A stretch of 64,000 bases of DNA from Prosthecobacter sp. (GCF_044236155.1 NZ_JBIIHA010000008.1:65353-129352); one strand, 5' to 3'. Numbered from the stretch's first letter, positions 1-9,122 are shown. Numbers and translations are program-made. The notes: a model not told the origin generated them from the letters alone.

Positions 1-523
1 CGCCGAAGAAGCCGCCGCGTGCGGGCCACTGGTTCGGCAGGATGGAGACATGCGTGGGGATCTCGATCTTCGCCTCCGGCAGCTCATGGCAGACGATGGC
101 ACCGATGCTCGGATGAATGAGCGTGGGATCAGGGCGGTAGCCGGTCTTGATGTTGTAAAAGGCACGCTCGTGATCGCCTTCCTTGCTGACCATCGAACGG
201 ATCAGTGACACGTCCTGCATCACGCTGGCCGTTTGTTCGAGCCCGGAGGCAAATTCGACACCCTTGATCGCTGTGGGGATCGTTTTGACGCCGCCGCCGA
301 TCTTCGTGGTGGGATGTGGATCAAACGTATCAAGCTGGCTCGCAGCCCCACCGAGCCAGAGCAGGATCACGGAGCGCGCTGGCTTGCCTTTGGGTGCTTT
401 TTCCGTCTCCACAGCAAGCAGATCCGCCAGCGGCGTGAGCCACGAGATGCCAGCGATGCCTGCGCCGCGAAGAAGCGAGCGACGCGTGTGGTGGGAGCGG
501 CTTTGGCAGGGAGAGGTGTTCAT
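1..523 (-). CDS. DUF1501 domain protein (Tat-exported, sulfatase-fold); 5' part only, gene runs off the left edge
   Basis: Hand translation of the minus strand from ATG 523-521 gives MNTSPCQSRSHHTRRSLLRGAGIAGISWL...SVILLWLGGAASQLDTFDPHP. This is a twin-arginine leader followed by the conserved GGxSxxDTFDP block shared with the three other DUF1501 ORFs in this window. It is missing from the ORF track because the window edge truncates it. It lies directly downstream of a DUF1549/DUF1553 gene, which is the usual pairing. Confidence 0.85.
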   Translation of the reverse strand, partial: MNTSPCQSRSHHTRRSLLRGAGIAGISWLTPLADLLAVETEKAPKGKPARSVILLWLGGAASQLDTFDPHPTTKIGGGVKTIPTAIKGVEFASGLEQTASVMQDVSLIRSMVSKEGDHERAFYNIKTGYRPDPTLIHPSIGAIVCHELPEAKIEIPTHVSILPNQWPARGGFFG

Positions 524-625
524 GAAATGACGAAATCAGAATGGCGAATGACGAACCGGGAAATCAGATGGCGATTGGAGCTTGGGGCATTCATTCGTCA
601 TTCTAAATTCTGGTTTCGTCATTCC
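524..625. repeat. Inverted pair of a ~32-nt TTCGTCATTC-type dispersed repeat unit
   Basis: The reverse complement of 524-556 reads GTTCGTCATTCGCCATTCTGATTTCGTCATTTC. Positions 594-625 read TTCGTCATTCTAAATTCTGGTTTCGTCATTCC. The two copies face each other across a 37-nt spacer in the gap between the PSD stop (637) and the DUF1501 start (523). Related units occur at 3600, 27471, 50085, 50157, 57050/57136 and 60835. Confidence 0.7.
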
Positions 626-636
626 CGCGCAGCGGG

Positions 637-2298
637 CTAATGGTTCCAGGAAAACTCGGTGGCGTTCATGAGCGTCCAGTAGAGGTCGGACATCGCATTG
701 CTGCGTGAGTTGGTGCTTTTGGCGGTGGCGAGGAGGCCGGTGAAATGATCCGCCTCCGCCGGTGTCGGGCGGCGGGTGAAGATGGAGAGGTAGGCGGCCT
801 CGACAGCGGTGGCGTTGTCGGGCGCGAGCATGCCGATGCGCGTGCCCGCATTGATCAAAGGATTGCCGCGGGTGTTGTCGGTCACCATGTTGCCATTCAT
901 GAGCAGCAGACGCTGCGGGATGGTGCCGCCGCCATCGTCAAAGGTGTCCTCGCCGGAATCACCGTAGCGTTTGACGAAGTTCGCCACGTCGATGTCGCGT
1001 TTGATGCGGAAGAGGACATGCGCCTCCGAGTCGATGGTGCTCAGCGAGGCGGCCTGGATGACGCTGCCCGCCATCTGCTCCGGTCGCAGGCGTGTCACTG
1101 GAAACGCCGCCCAGCATTTCTCCGCTTCCTCGGTCACAGGATGCGCCGGGTCAGCGGAGCGGCTGGACTGCTGAAAGACACGCGTCGCGACAATGACGCG
1201 GATGAGCCGCTGCAGATCGAAGTTGTGCGCGATCAAATCATCCGCCAGCGCCTCCATGCCCGGCGGGAACGGCCCTTCGAGCGGAATGTCATCCACCGGT
1301 GTGATGAGCGGACGATTGAAGAGCAGCGCCCACAGGCGATTCACCAGCGTGCGAGCGAAAGGCTTGTTCTCCTTCGCGGTCACCCAGCGGGCCAGCCGCT
1401 CGCGAGGCGTGCCTTTTTGCGGCAGCAGCTCAGGCTTCCACGGGACCATGGCGGGAACGACTTCCTCGTCGGTCTTGCCGAGATAGCGCGTTTTGTATTT
1501 CTCCTTCGGATCATCGCGCAGGCCATTCAGCTCAACCTTCGCCTGGCCGAAGTAAGCGGCCAGCGTGTGGAAATCCGACTGCTTCCAGGTGCTGCCGAGC
1601 TTGCCATCGTGGCACTGCACGCAGTCCATCTGCACCCCGAGGAAGGCCCGGCTCACGCGGGCGGCCAGCTTCGCCTCGTCGGGACCTTTGTTGTTCATCT
1701 GGTTCGTCACCGTGACAAAGTTCACCTCCGGGTTCGTCGTCCAGATGCCTTGCGCATTGATCAATGAGCGGGCGATTTGATCATACGGACGGTTCTGCTG
1801 GATCGAGTCGCTCAGCCAGTCCACCAAGCGGCGGCGGCGATAGATGAGAAAGGGACCGTTCTCGATGCCGACATACACCCGCACGAGCCGCTCCGCGAGG
1901 TAGTCACTCGTGCGGCGATCTGGCAGCAGATGCGAAAGCCACCACTGCGTCGCATCGGTGCCCTTCAGCGACTCCAGCATGCGCACCTCCTGCAGCGACG
2001 GGATGCTCCCCGTCAGCGCCAGAGACAGACGACGCGCCACAGTGAGATCATCCGCAAGGGGCACCGGCTGAAGCTGCTTTTGCGCCCAATCCTGCTCAAA
2101 TGAAGCATCAACGCTCCTGGCCGCCTTGTGAATGTCGTCCAGCGTCGTGCGGGATAAACCGGTGTCACTTTTCACAAGCATGACCGGCGGTCGTAGCAGC
2201 TCGCTCACGCCCCAGGCCACGCTTGCAGCTAGCGCCGTGACAATGACGGCATTGCGCAGCCAGATCAGCCAGCCAGAAGGTGTGGAGTCGGTAGTCAT
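637..2298 (-). CDS. DUF1549/DUF1553 (PSD-type) protein without a cytochrome c module, N-terminal membrane anchor
   Basis: ORF 637..2502. It contains the DUF1549-type block FLGVQMDCVQCHDGKLG...FHTLAAYFGQ and the DUF1553-type block LVNRLWALLFNRPLITPVDD. It ends ...NATEFSWNH, comparable to ...NTNEFFYLH in the 1050-aa PSD1 protein. There is no N-terminal CxxCH. I set the start at ATG 2298 (MTTDSTPSGWLIWLRNAVIVTALAASVAWGV, a TM helix). ATG 2346 is also possible, and the 2502 start would overlap the divergent gene. Confidence 0.85.
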   Translation of the reverse strand: MTTDSTPSGWLIWLRNAVIVTALAASVAWGVSELLRPPVMLVKSDTGLSRTTLDDIHKAARSVDASFEQDWAQKQLQPVPLADDLTVARRLSLALTGSIPSLQEVRMLESLKGTDATQWWLSHLLPDRRTSDYLAERLVRVYVGIENGPFLIYRRRRLVDWLSDSIQQNRPYDQIARSLINAQGIWTTNPEVNFVTVTNQMNNKGPDEAKLAARVSRAFLGVQMDCVQCHDGKLGSTWKQSDFHTLAAYFGQAKVELNGLRDDPKEKYKTRYLGKTDEEVVPAMVPWKPELLPQKGTPRERLARWVTAKENKPFARTLVNRLWALLFNRPLITPVDDIPLEGPFPPGMEALADDLIAHNFDLQRLIRVIVATRVFQQSSRSADPAHPVTEEAEKCWAAFPVTRLRPEQMAGSVIQAASLSTIDSEAHVLFRIKRDIDVANFVKRYGDSGEDTFDDGGGTIPQRLLLMNGNMVTDNTRGNPLINAGTRIGMLAPDNATAVEAAYLSIFTRRPTPAEADHFTGLLATAKSTNSRSNAMSDLYWTLMNATEFSWNH

Positions 2299-2404
2299 GG
2301 CGACGCGCTTCGTTTGAGCCGTGTCTTCAACACGCGGACGCATCATCGGTTTCCTCTCGAACTTTGCAACAATCCTCCAGCAGCCGACTTTCATAGCGCA
2401 TCTG

Positions 2405-3568
2405 ATGACCGAGCCCCCTCCGCTCCCACCACCACTGCCCGTGCCTGCTTTCGGGGAGCCTGCTGTCGTGAAAAAAGGTTTTGTCCACAGCTTGGCCTCC
2501 ATCCTCGACTGGAGCTTCGGTTTCGTGGCCTTGCTCGCACTGCTGGCGGCCTGTTCGGTGGTGCCCGTGCTGAATTTCCTCAGCCTCGGCTACCTGCTGC
2601 ATGTGAGCGGCACCATCGCACGCACGGGCCGCATCCGGGATGGATTCATCGGCGTGAGGAAAGCCTCCGTCATCGGCAGCATCGCCGCCGGCACGTGGCT
2701 CGTCGTGTGGCCTGCTCGACTCGTCTCCGGCATGTGGCGGGATGCCGAGCTTATCGCCCCTGGCAGCAGAGTGGCCAAAGCGTGGCATGCAGGCTTGATC
2801 GCCATCATCGTGATCGTGATCGCGCACATCGTGTGGGCCTGTGTGCGGGGTGGCAAGATCCGACACTTCCTGTGGCCGCAGCCGCTGCGTTTCATGCACT
2901 GGCTGCGCACGCCGGAGAAGTTTGGTAATCTCCAGCGCATCGTCACGGAATACGTCGTCGCGTTGCGACTGCCGTTTTACTTCTGGCTCGGCCTGCGTGG
3001 ATTCGTCGGTGCGCTGGCATGGCTGATTGTGCCCGTGGGCATCCTGCTCATCGCCACCAAGTTGCCGCTGGGCTTCTCCATTCTCGTTTCGCTGCTCGGC
3101 GGCATTCTACTGCTGCTCGTCGCAATTCATCTGCCGTTCTTGCAAGCACGCTTCGCGCAAACCGATCGCTTCGGTGCCCTCTTCGAGCTGCGTGAGGTAC
3201 GACTGCTTTTTCAGCGTGCTCCCCTGGCCTTCTGGGTGTCCTTGCTCGTCACGCTGCTCTTCGCCGTGCCGCTCTACTTGCTGAAGATCGAGCTCACGCC
3301 GCGTGAACTCGCCTGGCTGCCGAGCCTGCTCTTTGTCCTGTTCATTTTTCCCGCCCGTCTTCTCACCGGCTGGGCCATGAACCGCGCCACACGTCACGAG
3401 CGGCCGCGTCACTGGTTCTGGCGCTGGACAGCGCGTCTCGGCATCGTCCCCGTCGGACTCGCTTACGTGATCGTCGTTTACATCACGCCCTACCTCTCCT
3501 GGAATGGATCGCTCAGCCTGCTCGAACAGCATGCCTTCCTCGTACCCGCGCCGCTGATGGCGCTTTGA
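2405..3568 (+). CDS. Multi-pass integral membrane protein of unknown function (possibly DUF4013-like)
   Basis: ORF 2321..3568. I set the start at ATG 2405 (MTEPPPLPPPLP...), because the 2321 start would overlap the divergent PSD gene. There are about 8 hydrophobic helices. The VVPVLNFLSLGYLLHVSGTIARTG segment resembles DUF4013 from memory only. The long antisense ORFs here are R/G-rich shadows. Confidence 0.6.
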   Translation: MTEPPPLPPPLPVPAFGEPAVVKKGFVHSLASILDWSFGFVALLALLAACSVVPVLNFLSLGYLLHVSGTIARTGRIRDGFIGVRKASVIGSIAAGTWLVVWPARLVSGMWRDAELIAPGSRVAKAWHAGLIAIIVIVIAHIVWACVRGGKIRHFLWPQPLRFMHWLRTPEKFGNLQRIVTEYVVALRLPFYFWLGLRGFVGALAWLIVPVGILLIATKLPLGFSILVSLLGGILLLLVAIHLPFLQARFAQTDRFGALFELREVRLLFQRAPLAFWVSLLVTLLFAVPLYLLKIELTPRELAWLPSLLFVLFIFPARLLTGWAMNRATRHERPRHWFWRWTARLGIVPVGLAYVIVVYITPYLSWNGSLSLLEQHAFLVPAPLMAL

Positions 3569-3599
3569 CAAAAGCACCCTGGTCAAGAGTTCCCGCTTG

Positions 3600-3631
3600 T
3601 TCGTCATTCCTCATTCGCCATTCGTCATTCC
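3600..3631 (+). repeat. TTCGTCATTC-type repeat unit abutting the TauE start codon
   Basis: The sequence TTCGTCATTC CTC ATTC GCC ATTC GTCATTCC ends 4 nt before ATG 3636, in the same orientation as the gene. Confidence 0.65.
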
Positions 3632-3635
3632 ACGA

Positions 3636-4403
3636 ATGCCCTGGCTCACCGACCACACCCTGCTGCCCGCCGACACCTGGATGCTCGTGCTGGCCCTGCT
3701 CGGCTCCATGTGCATCGGCATGTCCAAGGCCGGACTCTCCGGCACCTCGACACTGAATGTCGTGCTGATGGCGAAGATCTTCGGAGCAAAGGAATCCGTC
3801 GGCGTCATCCTGCCCATGCTCATCGCAGCCGACTTCATGGGCTACTTCTTGAACCGCAAGGGCGGCACCTGGCGGCGCATTTTGCCGATCCTGCCGCCGG
3901 CCATCATCGGTGTGATTGTGGGCTGGGTACTGCTCGGCAAATTCGACAACGCCATGGCCCGCATCGTCATCGGCTGGATCATCATCGCGCTGCTCATCTT
4001 CAACTGGCTGCTCAGCAAGCGGCGGCAGGACTTCCTCGCGCTCACCGAGCACCAGGGCTTCACCTGGACGATGGGATTCCTCGCCGGCGTGGTCACCATG
4101 CTCGCCAATGCTGCCGGTCCGGTGATGACCGTTTACCTCCTCGCCCAGCACCTGGAGAAAAAAGAGCACCTCGGCGTCTTCAGCCGCTACTTCCTCTTTG
4201 TGAACCTCTTCAAGGTCCCGTTCAGCGCTGATCTCGGCATCATCAATCCGAAGTCGCTCATGACCAACCTCACGCTCATGCCCGGCGTCATTCTCGGTGT
4301 GTTCCTCGGCTGGTGGATCCTGAAAAAGCTGCCGCAGAAGCTCTTCGAAAACGTCCTCTTCTGGCTCACGGCCTTCGCAGCTGTGTGGCTGATTCGCGGG
4401 TGA
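3636..4403 (+). CDS. TauE/SafE family sulfite/anion exporter (DUF81)
   Basis: ORF 3597..4403, with ATG 3636 preferred because the upstream 13 codons are the repeat unit. There are 7-8 TM helices and the two-half internal repeat typical of TauE/SafE (GMSKAGLSGTSTLNVVLMA... and ...GVVTMLANAAGPVMTVYLL). Confidence 0.8.
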   Translation: MPWLTDHTLLPADTWMLVLALLGSMCIGMSKAGLSGTSTLNVVLMAKIFGAKESVGVILPMLIAADFMGYFLNRKGGTWRRILPILPPAIIGVIVGWVLLGKFDNAMARIVIGWIIIALLIFNWLLSKRRQDFLALTEHQGFTWTMGFLAGVVTMLANAAGPVMTVYLLAQHLEKKEHLGVFSRYFLFVNLFKVPFSADLGIINPKSLMTNLTLMPGVILGVFLGWWILKKLPQKLFENVLFWLTAFAAVWLIRG

Positions 4404-4424
4404 TTCACAGTCGAAGTTTTGTCC

Positions 4425-7196
4425 ATGAAACCGATTCTCCTCAGTCTTTGCCTTCTGGGAAGTGCGCTCAGCGCCGACTTCCCCGCGCTCTACAACAGCG
4501 AGCCCGGAAATCCCTCTCCGATGTCGCCGCAGGAGGCGTTGAAGGCGCTGAAACTGCCCGCAGGCTTCAAGGCCACGCTCTTTGCCGCCGAGCCCGATGT
4601 GCAAAATCCCATCGCAATGGCTTGGGACGCCCGCGGACGCATGTGGGTCACCGAAAACTACACCTACGCTGAATCCAAGAAGCGTTTTGACCTCTCGCTG
4701 AAGGATCGTGTCATCATTTTGGAGGACAAGGACTGGGATGGCGTCGCCGAGAAGCGCAAGGTCTTCACCGAGGACGTGCAGATGCTCACGAGTGTCGAGG
4801 TCGGTCGCGGTGGTGTGTGGCTCATGTGCCCGCCGCAGGTCTTGTTCATCCCGGATGCCAATGGCGATGACATCCCCGACTCCGAGCCTCAGGTCGTTCT
4901 CGATGGCTTCACCGTTGCGCAGGCGAACTACCACAACTTCGCCAACGGCCTCCGCTTCGCGCCCGATGGCTGGCTCTATGGCCGCTGCGGCCACTCCTGC
5001 CCCGGCAAGCTAGGCGTTCCTGGCACGCCGGACGAACAACGCGTGCCCATGAAAGGCGGTATCTGGCGCTACCATCCCGGAAAGAAGATCGTCGAAGTGC
5101 TCACGCACGGCACCACGAACCCGTGGGGGCATGATTGGGATCAAAATGGCGAGCTGTTCTTCATCAACACCGTCACCGGCCATCTCTGGCATCTCATTCA
5201 TGGGGCGCACCTCGTGGACTCGAACACGCCGAACCCGCTCATCTATGAAAAGCTCGACACCATCGCAGACCACTACCACTACGACCGCGGCGGCAAATGG
5301 AGCGACTCGCGCGATGGCAAAGCGGACGCCTTCGGCGGCGGCCATGCCCACATCGGCTGCATGATCTATCAGGCCGATCAATGGCCTGAAAAGTATCGCA
5401 ACAAGCTCTTCACGCTGAACATGCACGGCCGCCGCGCCAATGTGGAGCGCCTGGAGCGCAACGGCAGCGGCTACGTCGGCAAACATGAGCCCGATGTCTT
5501 CCTGAGCGACGATCCGTGGTTCCGCGGCATCGAAATCAGCACCGGCCCCGATGGCAGCGCCTTCATCCTCGACTGGAGCGACACCGGCGAGTGCCACGAG
5601 CACACCGGCGTCCACCGCACCTCGGGCCGCATTTTCCGCATCAGTTATGGCGAGCCGAAGAAGCCCGAAACGCCCTTCGCCTGGCGCAAGCCGTGGCCGA
5701 AAGCCGACCTGTACGGCGACGAACATCAACGTGCCCTCGCTATTCGCGAACTCGTGCAGTTTTCGCCTCTCGATGCCATCACCGGCCCTCAAGCGCACGT
5801 GAAGTATCCCGAACTTGCCTTCGATCCCGTCCAAATGGCCGCGAACGAAAAGTCCGCCTTCGTGCGCCTTCAGCTAGCTTCCGTGCTTCAGCGTCTTCCC
5901 GTCGAAAAACGGGTGCTTCTCGCCAAAGCACTGCTTTCCCACGCCGAAGACGCCAACGACCCGTTTTTGTCGCACATGGTCTGGTATGGCATTTCGCCGC
6001 TGGCGAAGCATGAACCCGCCGGACTCGTCGCGCTCTCGAGGACTGGGAATTGGCCAAACGTTACTCGCTGGATAGCCCGCAGCCTTGCCATGCAGCCCGA
6101 AATGCTCGAGATGCTGATCTTGGCGAACCCATCCGACGATGTGCTCGAAGGCATGGCGGAAGCCTTCAAAGGCATCCGCAAGGCTCCGAAGCCTGCGAAT
6201 TGGGATTTGTTCGTGGATCGGGTATCAGCGCGCGATTCGAGCGACCCAGAGCGGGCTAAAGCCCGAACTACGCACCTCCGCGACCTGAGCATCCTCTTCG
6301 GCGATGGCCGGGCTCTCGATGATGTGAAGAAGATCGCGCTCGACGGGAAGGCAGACCTCACAGCCCGTGAGTCCGCGCTCAAATCGCTCATCGAGGCCCG
6401 CCCGGATGATCTGCGTGAGATTTGCACAAAACTCCTCGACGTGCGTGGCCTCAACACGACGGCGGCGCGCGGCCTTGCGTTGTTTGATGATCCTGAGATC
6501 GGCAAGCAACTCGCGAAGAACTACCGCAAGTTCGCCGCCAGCATCATGGACACGCTTGTCGCACGTCCAGCCTTTGCGAAGGCCATGCTCGCAGAAATGG
6601 CCGCCGGACGTATTCCGCGCACCGAGCTGAGCGCCTTCCACGCCCGCCAGATAAGGGCCTTCAACGACGAAGAGCTCAAAAAGCAGCTCGCCGAAGCCTG
6701 GGGCGATCTGCGCGAGTCCGCCGCCGACAAAAAACAGCTCATCGCCAAGCTGAAGGCTGATTTGAAGCCCGACGTGCTAGCCAAGGCCAACCTCAGCAAC
6801 GGCCGCGTGCTCTTCACCGCCGTCTGCGGTGCCTGCCACATGATGTATGGCCAGGGCGGCAAGATCGGCCCCGATCTGACAGGCAGCGGCCGTGCGAACC
6901 TCGACTACCTCCTCGAAAACATCGCCGATCCGAGCGGCATCGTCAGCGCCGACTACCGCATGAGCCTGCTCACGCTCAAAGACGGCCGCCAGCTCAGCGG
7001 TGTCATCGCGGAGAAGAGCGACCGCACGCTCACGCTGCGCACCTTGACCGATGCCCTGACGCTGGACAGCGCCGAGGTCGTCAAAGAGGAAGCCTCACCG
7101 CTCTCGATGATGCCAGAAGGCCTGCTCCTCGCCCTCCAGCCGGATCAGGTGCGTGATCTGATCGCCTACCTCATGCATCCGGTGCAGGTGAAGTAG
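4425..7196 (+). CDS. PVC-type membrane-bound-dehydrogenase-domain protein with HEAT-like repeats and a C-terminal CxxCH heme-binding domain
   Basis: The ORF track start at 4419 is TTG, and ATG 4425 gives MKPILLSLCLLGSALSA (signal peptide). The N-terminus LKLPAGFKATLFAAEPDVQNPIAMAWDARGRMWV matches the Pirellula/Verrucomicrobium dehydrogenase-domain signature (TIGR02604-like). The C-terminus GRVLFTAVCGACHMMYGQGGKIGPDLTG is the CxxCH heme domain (TIGR02603-like). Confidence 0.9.
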   Translation: MKPILLSLCLLGSALSADFPALYNSEPGNPSPMSPQEALKALKLPAGFKATLFAAEPDVQNPIAMAWDARGRMWVTENYTYAESKKRFDLSLKDRVIILEDKDWDGVAEKRKVFTEDVQMLTSVEVGRGGVWLMCPPQVLFIPDANGDDIPDSEPQVVLDGFTVAQANYHNFANGLRFAPDGWLYGRCGHSCPGKLGVPGTPDEQRVPMKGGIWRYHPGKKIVEVLTHGTTNPWGHDWDQNGELFFINTVTGHLWHLIHGAHLVDSNTPNPLIYEKLDTIADHYHYDRGGKWSDSRDGKADAFGGGHAHIGCMIYQADQWPEKYRNKLFTLNMHGRRANVERLERNGSGYVGKHEPDVFLSDDPWFRGIEISTGPDGSAFILDWSDTGECHEHTGVHRTSGRIFRISYGEPKKPETPFAWRKPWPKADLYGDEHQRALAIRELVQFSPLDAITGPQAHVKYPELAFDPVQMAANEKSAFVRLQLASVLQRLPVEKRVLLAKALLSHAEDANDPFLSHMVWYGISPLAKHEPAGLVALSRTGNWPNVTRWIARSLAMQPEMLEMLILANPSDDVLEGMAEAFKGIRKAPKPANWDLFVDRVSARDSSDPERAKARTTHLRDLSILFGDGRALDDVKKIALDGKADLTARESALKSLIEARPDDLREICTKLLDVRGLNTTAARGLALFDDPEIGKQLAKNYRKFAASIMDTLVARPAFAKAMLAEMAAGRIPRTELSAFHARQIRAFNDEELKKQLAEAWGDLRESAADKKQLIAKLKADLKPDVLAKANLSNGRVLFTAVCGACHMMYGQGGKIGPDLTGSGRANLDYLLENIADPSGIVSADYRMSLLTLKDGRQLSGVIAEKSDRTLTLRTLTDALTLDSAEVVKEEASPLSMMPEGLLLALQPDQVRDLIAYLMHPVQVK

Positions 7197-7323
7197 CCTT
7201 GCGCCTGCGGAACAAGGTCATCCAGTTGCACAGCAACTGGTCAACTTTGCTTCCCCTCAATCACGGGGAGTTCCGATGGAAACTTTATTTGGCACGGCAG
7301 CCATCGCCTGCTGTATTCCCTCA

Positions 7324-8328
7324 ATGTCTCAAGGACCCCTCCTCATCACCGGCGGCGCCGGTTACATCGGCTCGCACACCGTTCGTCATCTGCTCGACCA
7401 GCATGAACGCGTCATCGTGCTCGACAATCTCGTCTTCGGCCATCGTGGTGCGCTGCCCATGGATCGCGTGACCTTCATTGAAGGTGAAATGGCGGATGCC
7501 GCGCTCATCGAGCGTCTCTTTAGTGAGCACAAGCCGGAGGCTGTGCTGCATTTCGCCGCTTTTGCGTATGTGGGAGAGTCCGTTACCGATCCGCTCAAGT
7601 ATTACCGCAACAACCTCGCCGCTCCTCTCACGTTGCTCGAGGCCATGCAGCGTCATGGTTGCAAGCGCTTCATCTTCTCCTCCACCTGCGCAACGTATGG
7701 TGATCCGGTGCGCATCCCGATCGATGAAACGCATCCGCAGGCGCCTGTGAACCCCTACGGTGCCTCGAAGTGGATGCTCGAACGCGTGCTGCGTGATTGC
7801 GAGCGTGCTTGGGGGCTGAAGTCCGTCTTCCTGCGCTACTTCAATGCCAGCGGCTGTCATCCCAGCGGAGAGATCGGCGAGGATCACACCCCCGAGACCC
7901 ACCTGATTCCTCTTGTCCTGCAAGCCGCCACAGGACAACGGCCGCACATCACCGTCTTCGGCACGGACTACCCCACGCCGGACGGCACCTGCATCCGCGA
8001 CTACATCCATGTGTGCGACCTCGCCAGTGCCCACGCCCTTGCCTTGAAGTATCTGCGCGAGGGAGGCGACACGATTGCGATCAATCTCGGCACCGGCCGC
8101 GGCTTCAGCGTGAAGGAGATCATTGCCACGGCCGAGTCCGTGACGGGCAGGGCGATTCCCATCGTTTATGGCGAACGTCGTGCCGGAGATCCCTCGGAAC
8201 TCGTCGCCGATCCCGCGCTGGCCGCCAAAGTGATCGACTGGAAGGCCGCCCACCTCGATCCTCGTGAGCACATCGAGAGCGCGTGGAAGTGGATGAACGG
8301 ACCGCGTGGAGGTCGATACCTTGATTGA
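7324..8328 (+). CDS. galE: UDP-glucose 4-epimerase
   Basis: From ATG 7324 the protein reads MSQGPLLITGGAGYIGSHTV (Rossmann GxxGxxG). It has the YGASKWM catalytic YxxxK and the FLRYFNASG and DGTCIRDYIHV blocks typical of GalE. Confidence 0.9.
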   Translation: MSQGPLLITGGAGYIGSHTVRHLLDQHERVIVLDNLVFGHRGALPMDRVTFIEGEMADAALIERLFSEHKPEAVLHFAAFAYVGESVTDPLKYYRNNLAAPLTLLEAMQRHGCKRFIFSSTCATYGDPVRIPIDETHPQAPVNPYGASKWMLERVLRDCERAWGLKSVFLRYFNASGCHPSGEIGEDHTPETHLIPLVLQAATGQRPHITVFGTDYPTPDGTCIRDYIHVCDLASAHALALKYLREGGDTIAINLGTGRGFSVKEIIATAESVTGRAIPIVYGERRAGDPSELVADPALAAKVIDWKAAHLDPREHIESAWKWMNGPRGGRYLD

Positions 8329-8381
8329 ACACTTCCGCCCTAAGACTGTCACAGAGTAACCCTGCTTTCTCCAACCCCTTC

Positions 8382-9122
8382 ATGAGAGCTTTCAACCTGT
8401 GGTTCCTCAGCGCGTTCGTGTTCCTCGCCGGAGCTGTTTTGCATGCCGTGGAAATCATAGGCACGCCCCAGGTGCGGGCAGCCGCGAACACCGCCACGAT
8501 CACCTGGAAGACTGATGTCGAGTGCGGCACGCGGCTGCAATACGGCCTCAACCCGGCACAGCTGAACAACAAAGTGGAAGGCAGTGTCGGCAGCGCGCAC
8601 GAGGTCACGCTCGAAGGCCTCGCACCCGGCACGACCTATCATTACAGCCTCGGGAGCGCCCGCACGCGCCTCGCCACCGGGAGTTTCACCACGACGGGCG
8701 CTGCTCCAGCAGCCGCTCCACGTCCATCGGTCGTGCGACGCGTGCTAGATGTGCTGCAGCCGGACACAAACGCCGCGGCACCCGTCATCACGCCGCCACC
8801 GAGCCGTCAGACCTGGGCCCGTCTCGACTCCTTGCAGGACCACTATGAGCGGCATGGTCGCGACTTCAGCGCCAAGTCACCCGACGACTACGCCGCGCAG
8901 GCATGGCTCTTCCTCCAACGCGCATGTGCTGAAAAGCTACCAATGAAGCGCGATGACACCGACGGCACCCTGCGCGTCTTTGATCCGAAGACACGTGCCT
9001 TCGCCGCCTACAATGCGGATGGAAAGACAAAAACCTTTTTCAAGCCGGAAAGTCCCGGTTATTGGCAACGCCAACCCGGACGCGCGGTGACTCCCGCCGA
9101 ACTTCGTTTTTCCAACCGTTGA
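8382..9122 (+). CDS. Secreted or anchored protein: FN3 / purple-acid-phosphatase-N-like domain plus an uncharacterised C-terminal module
   Basis: ATG 8382 gives MRAFNLWFLSAFVFLAGAVLHA (signal or anchor). ATITWKTDVECGTRLQYG...LAPGTTYHYSL is an FN3/PAP-N-type beta sandwich. A Pro/Ala linker follows, and then a ~90-aa module containing HYERHGRDF. Confidence 0.6.
   Translation: MRAFNLWFLSAFVFLAGAVLHAVEIIGTPQVRAAANTATITWKTDVECGTRLQYGLNPAQLNNKVEGSVGSAHEVTLEGLAPGTTYHYSLGSARTRLATGSFTTTGAAPAAAPRPSVVRRVLDVLQPDTNAAAPVITPPPSRQTWARLDSLQDHYERHGRDFSAKSPDDYAAQAWLFLQRACAEKLPMKRDDTDGTLRVFDPKTRAFAAYNADGKTKTFFKPESPGYWQRQPGRAVTPAELRFSNR

Noticed and set aside
4419-4424. Track start codons that are TTG or GTG extensions: 4419 TTG, 52528 TTG, 54103 TTG and 56988 GTG. 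Also long N-terminal extensions at 2321, 2502, 12043, 18494, 20369, 25765, 33848, 44173, 57147 and 60849.
   Set aside because: In each case a downstream in-frame ATG gives a canonical signal peptide, Tat leader or family-typical N-terminus. The extension would overlap a neighbouring gene or translate a repeat element.
3513-4994. A 493-aa minus-strand ORF spanning the TauE gene and the start of the heme-dehydrogenase gene.
   Set aside because: It is antisense to two ORFs with clear family signatures. Its translation is R/G/A/E/H-rich low complexity with no motif. This is a typical shadow ORF of a high-GC genome.
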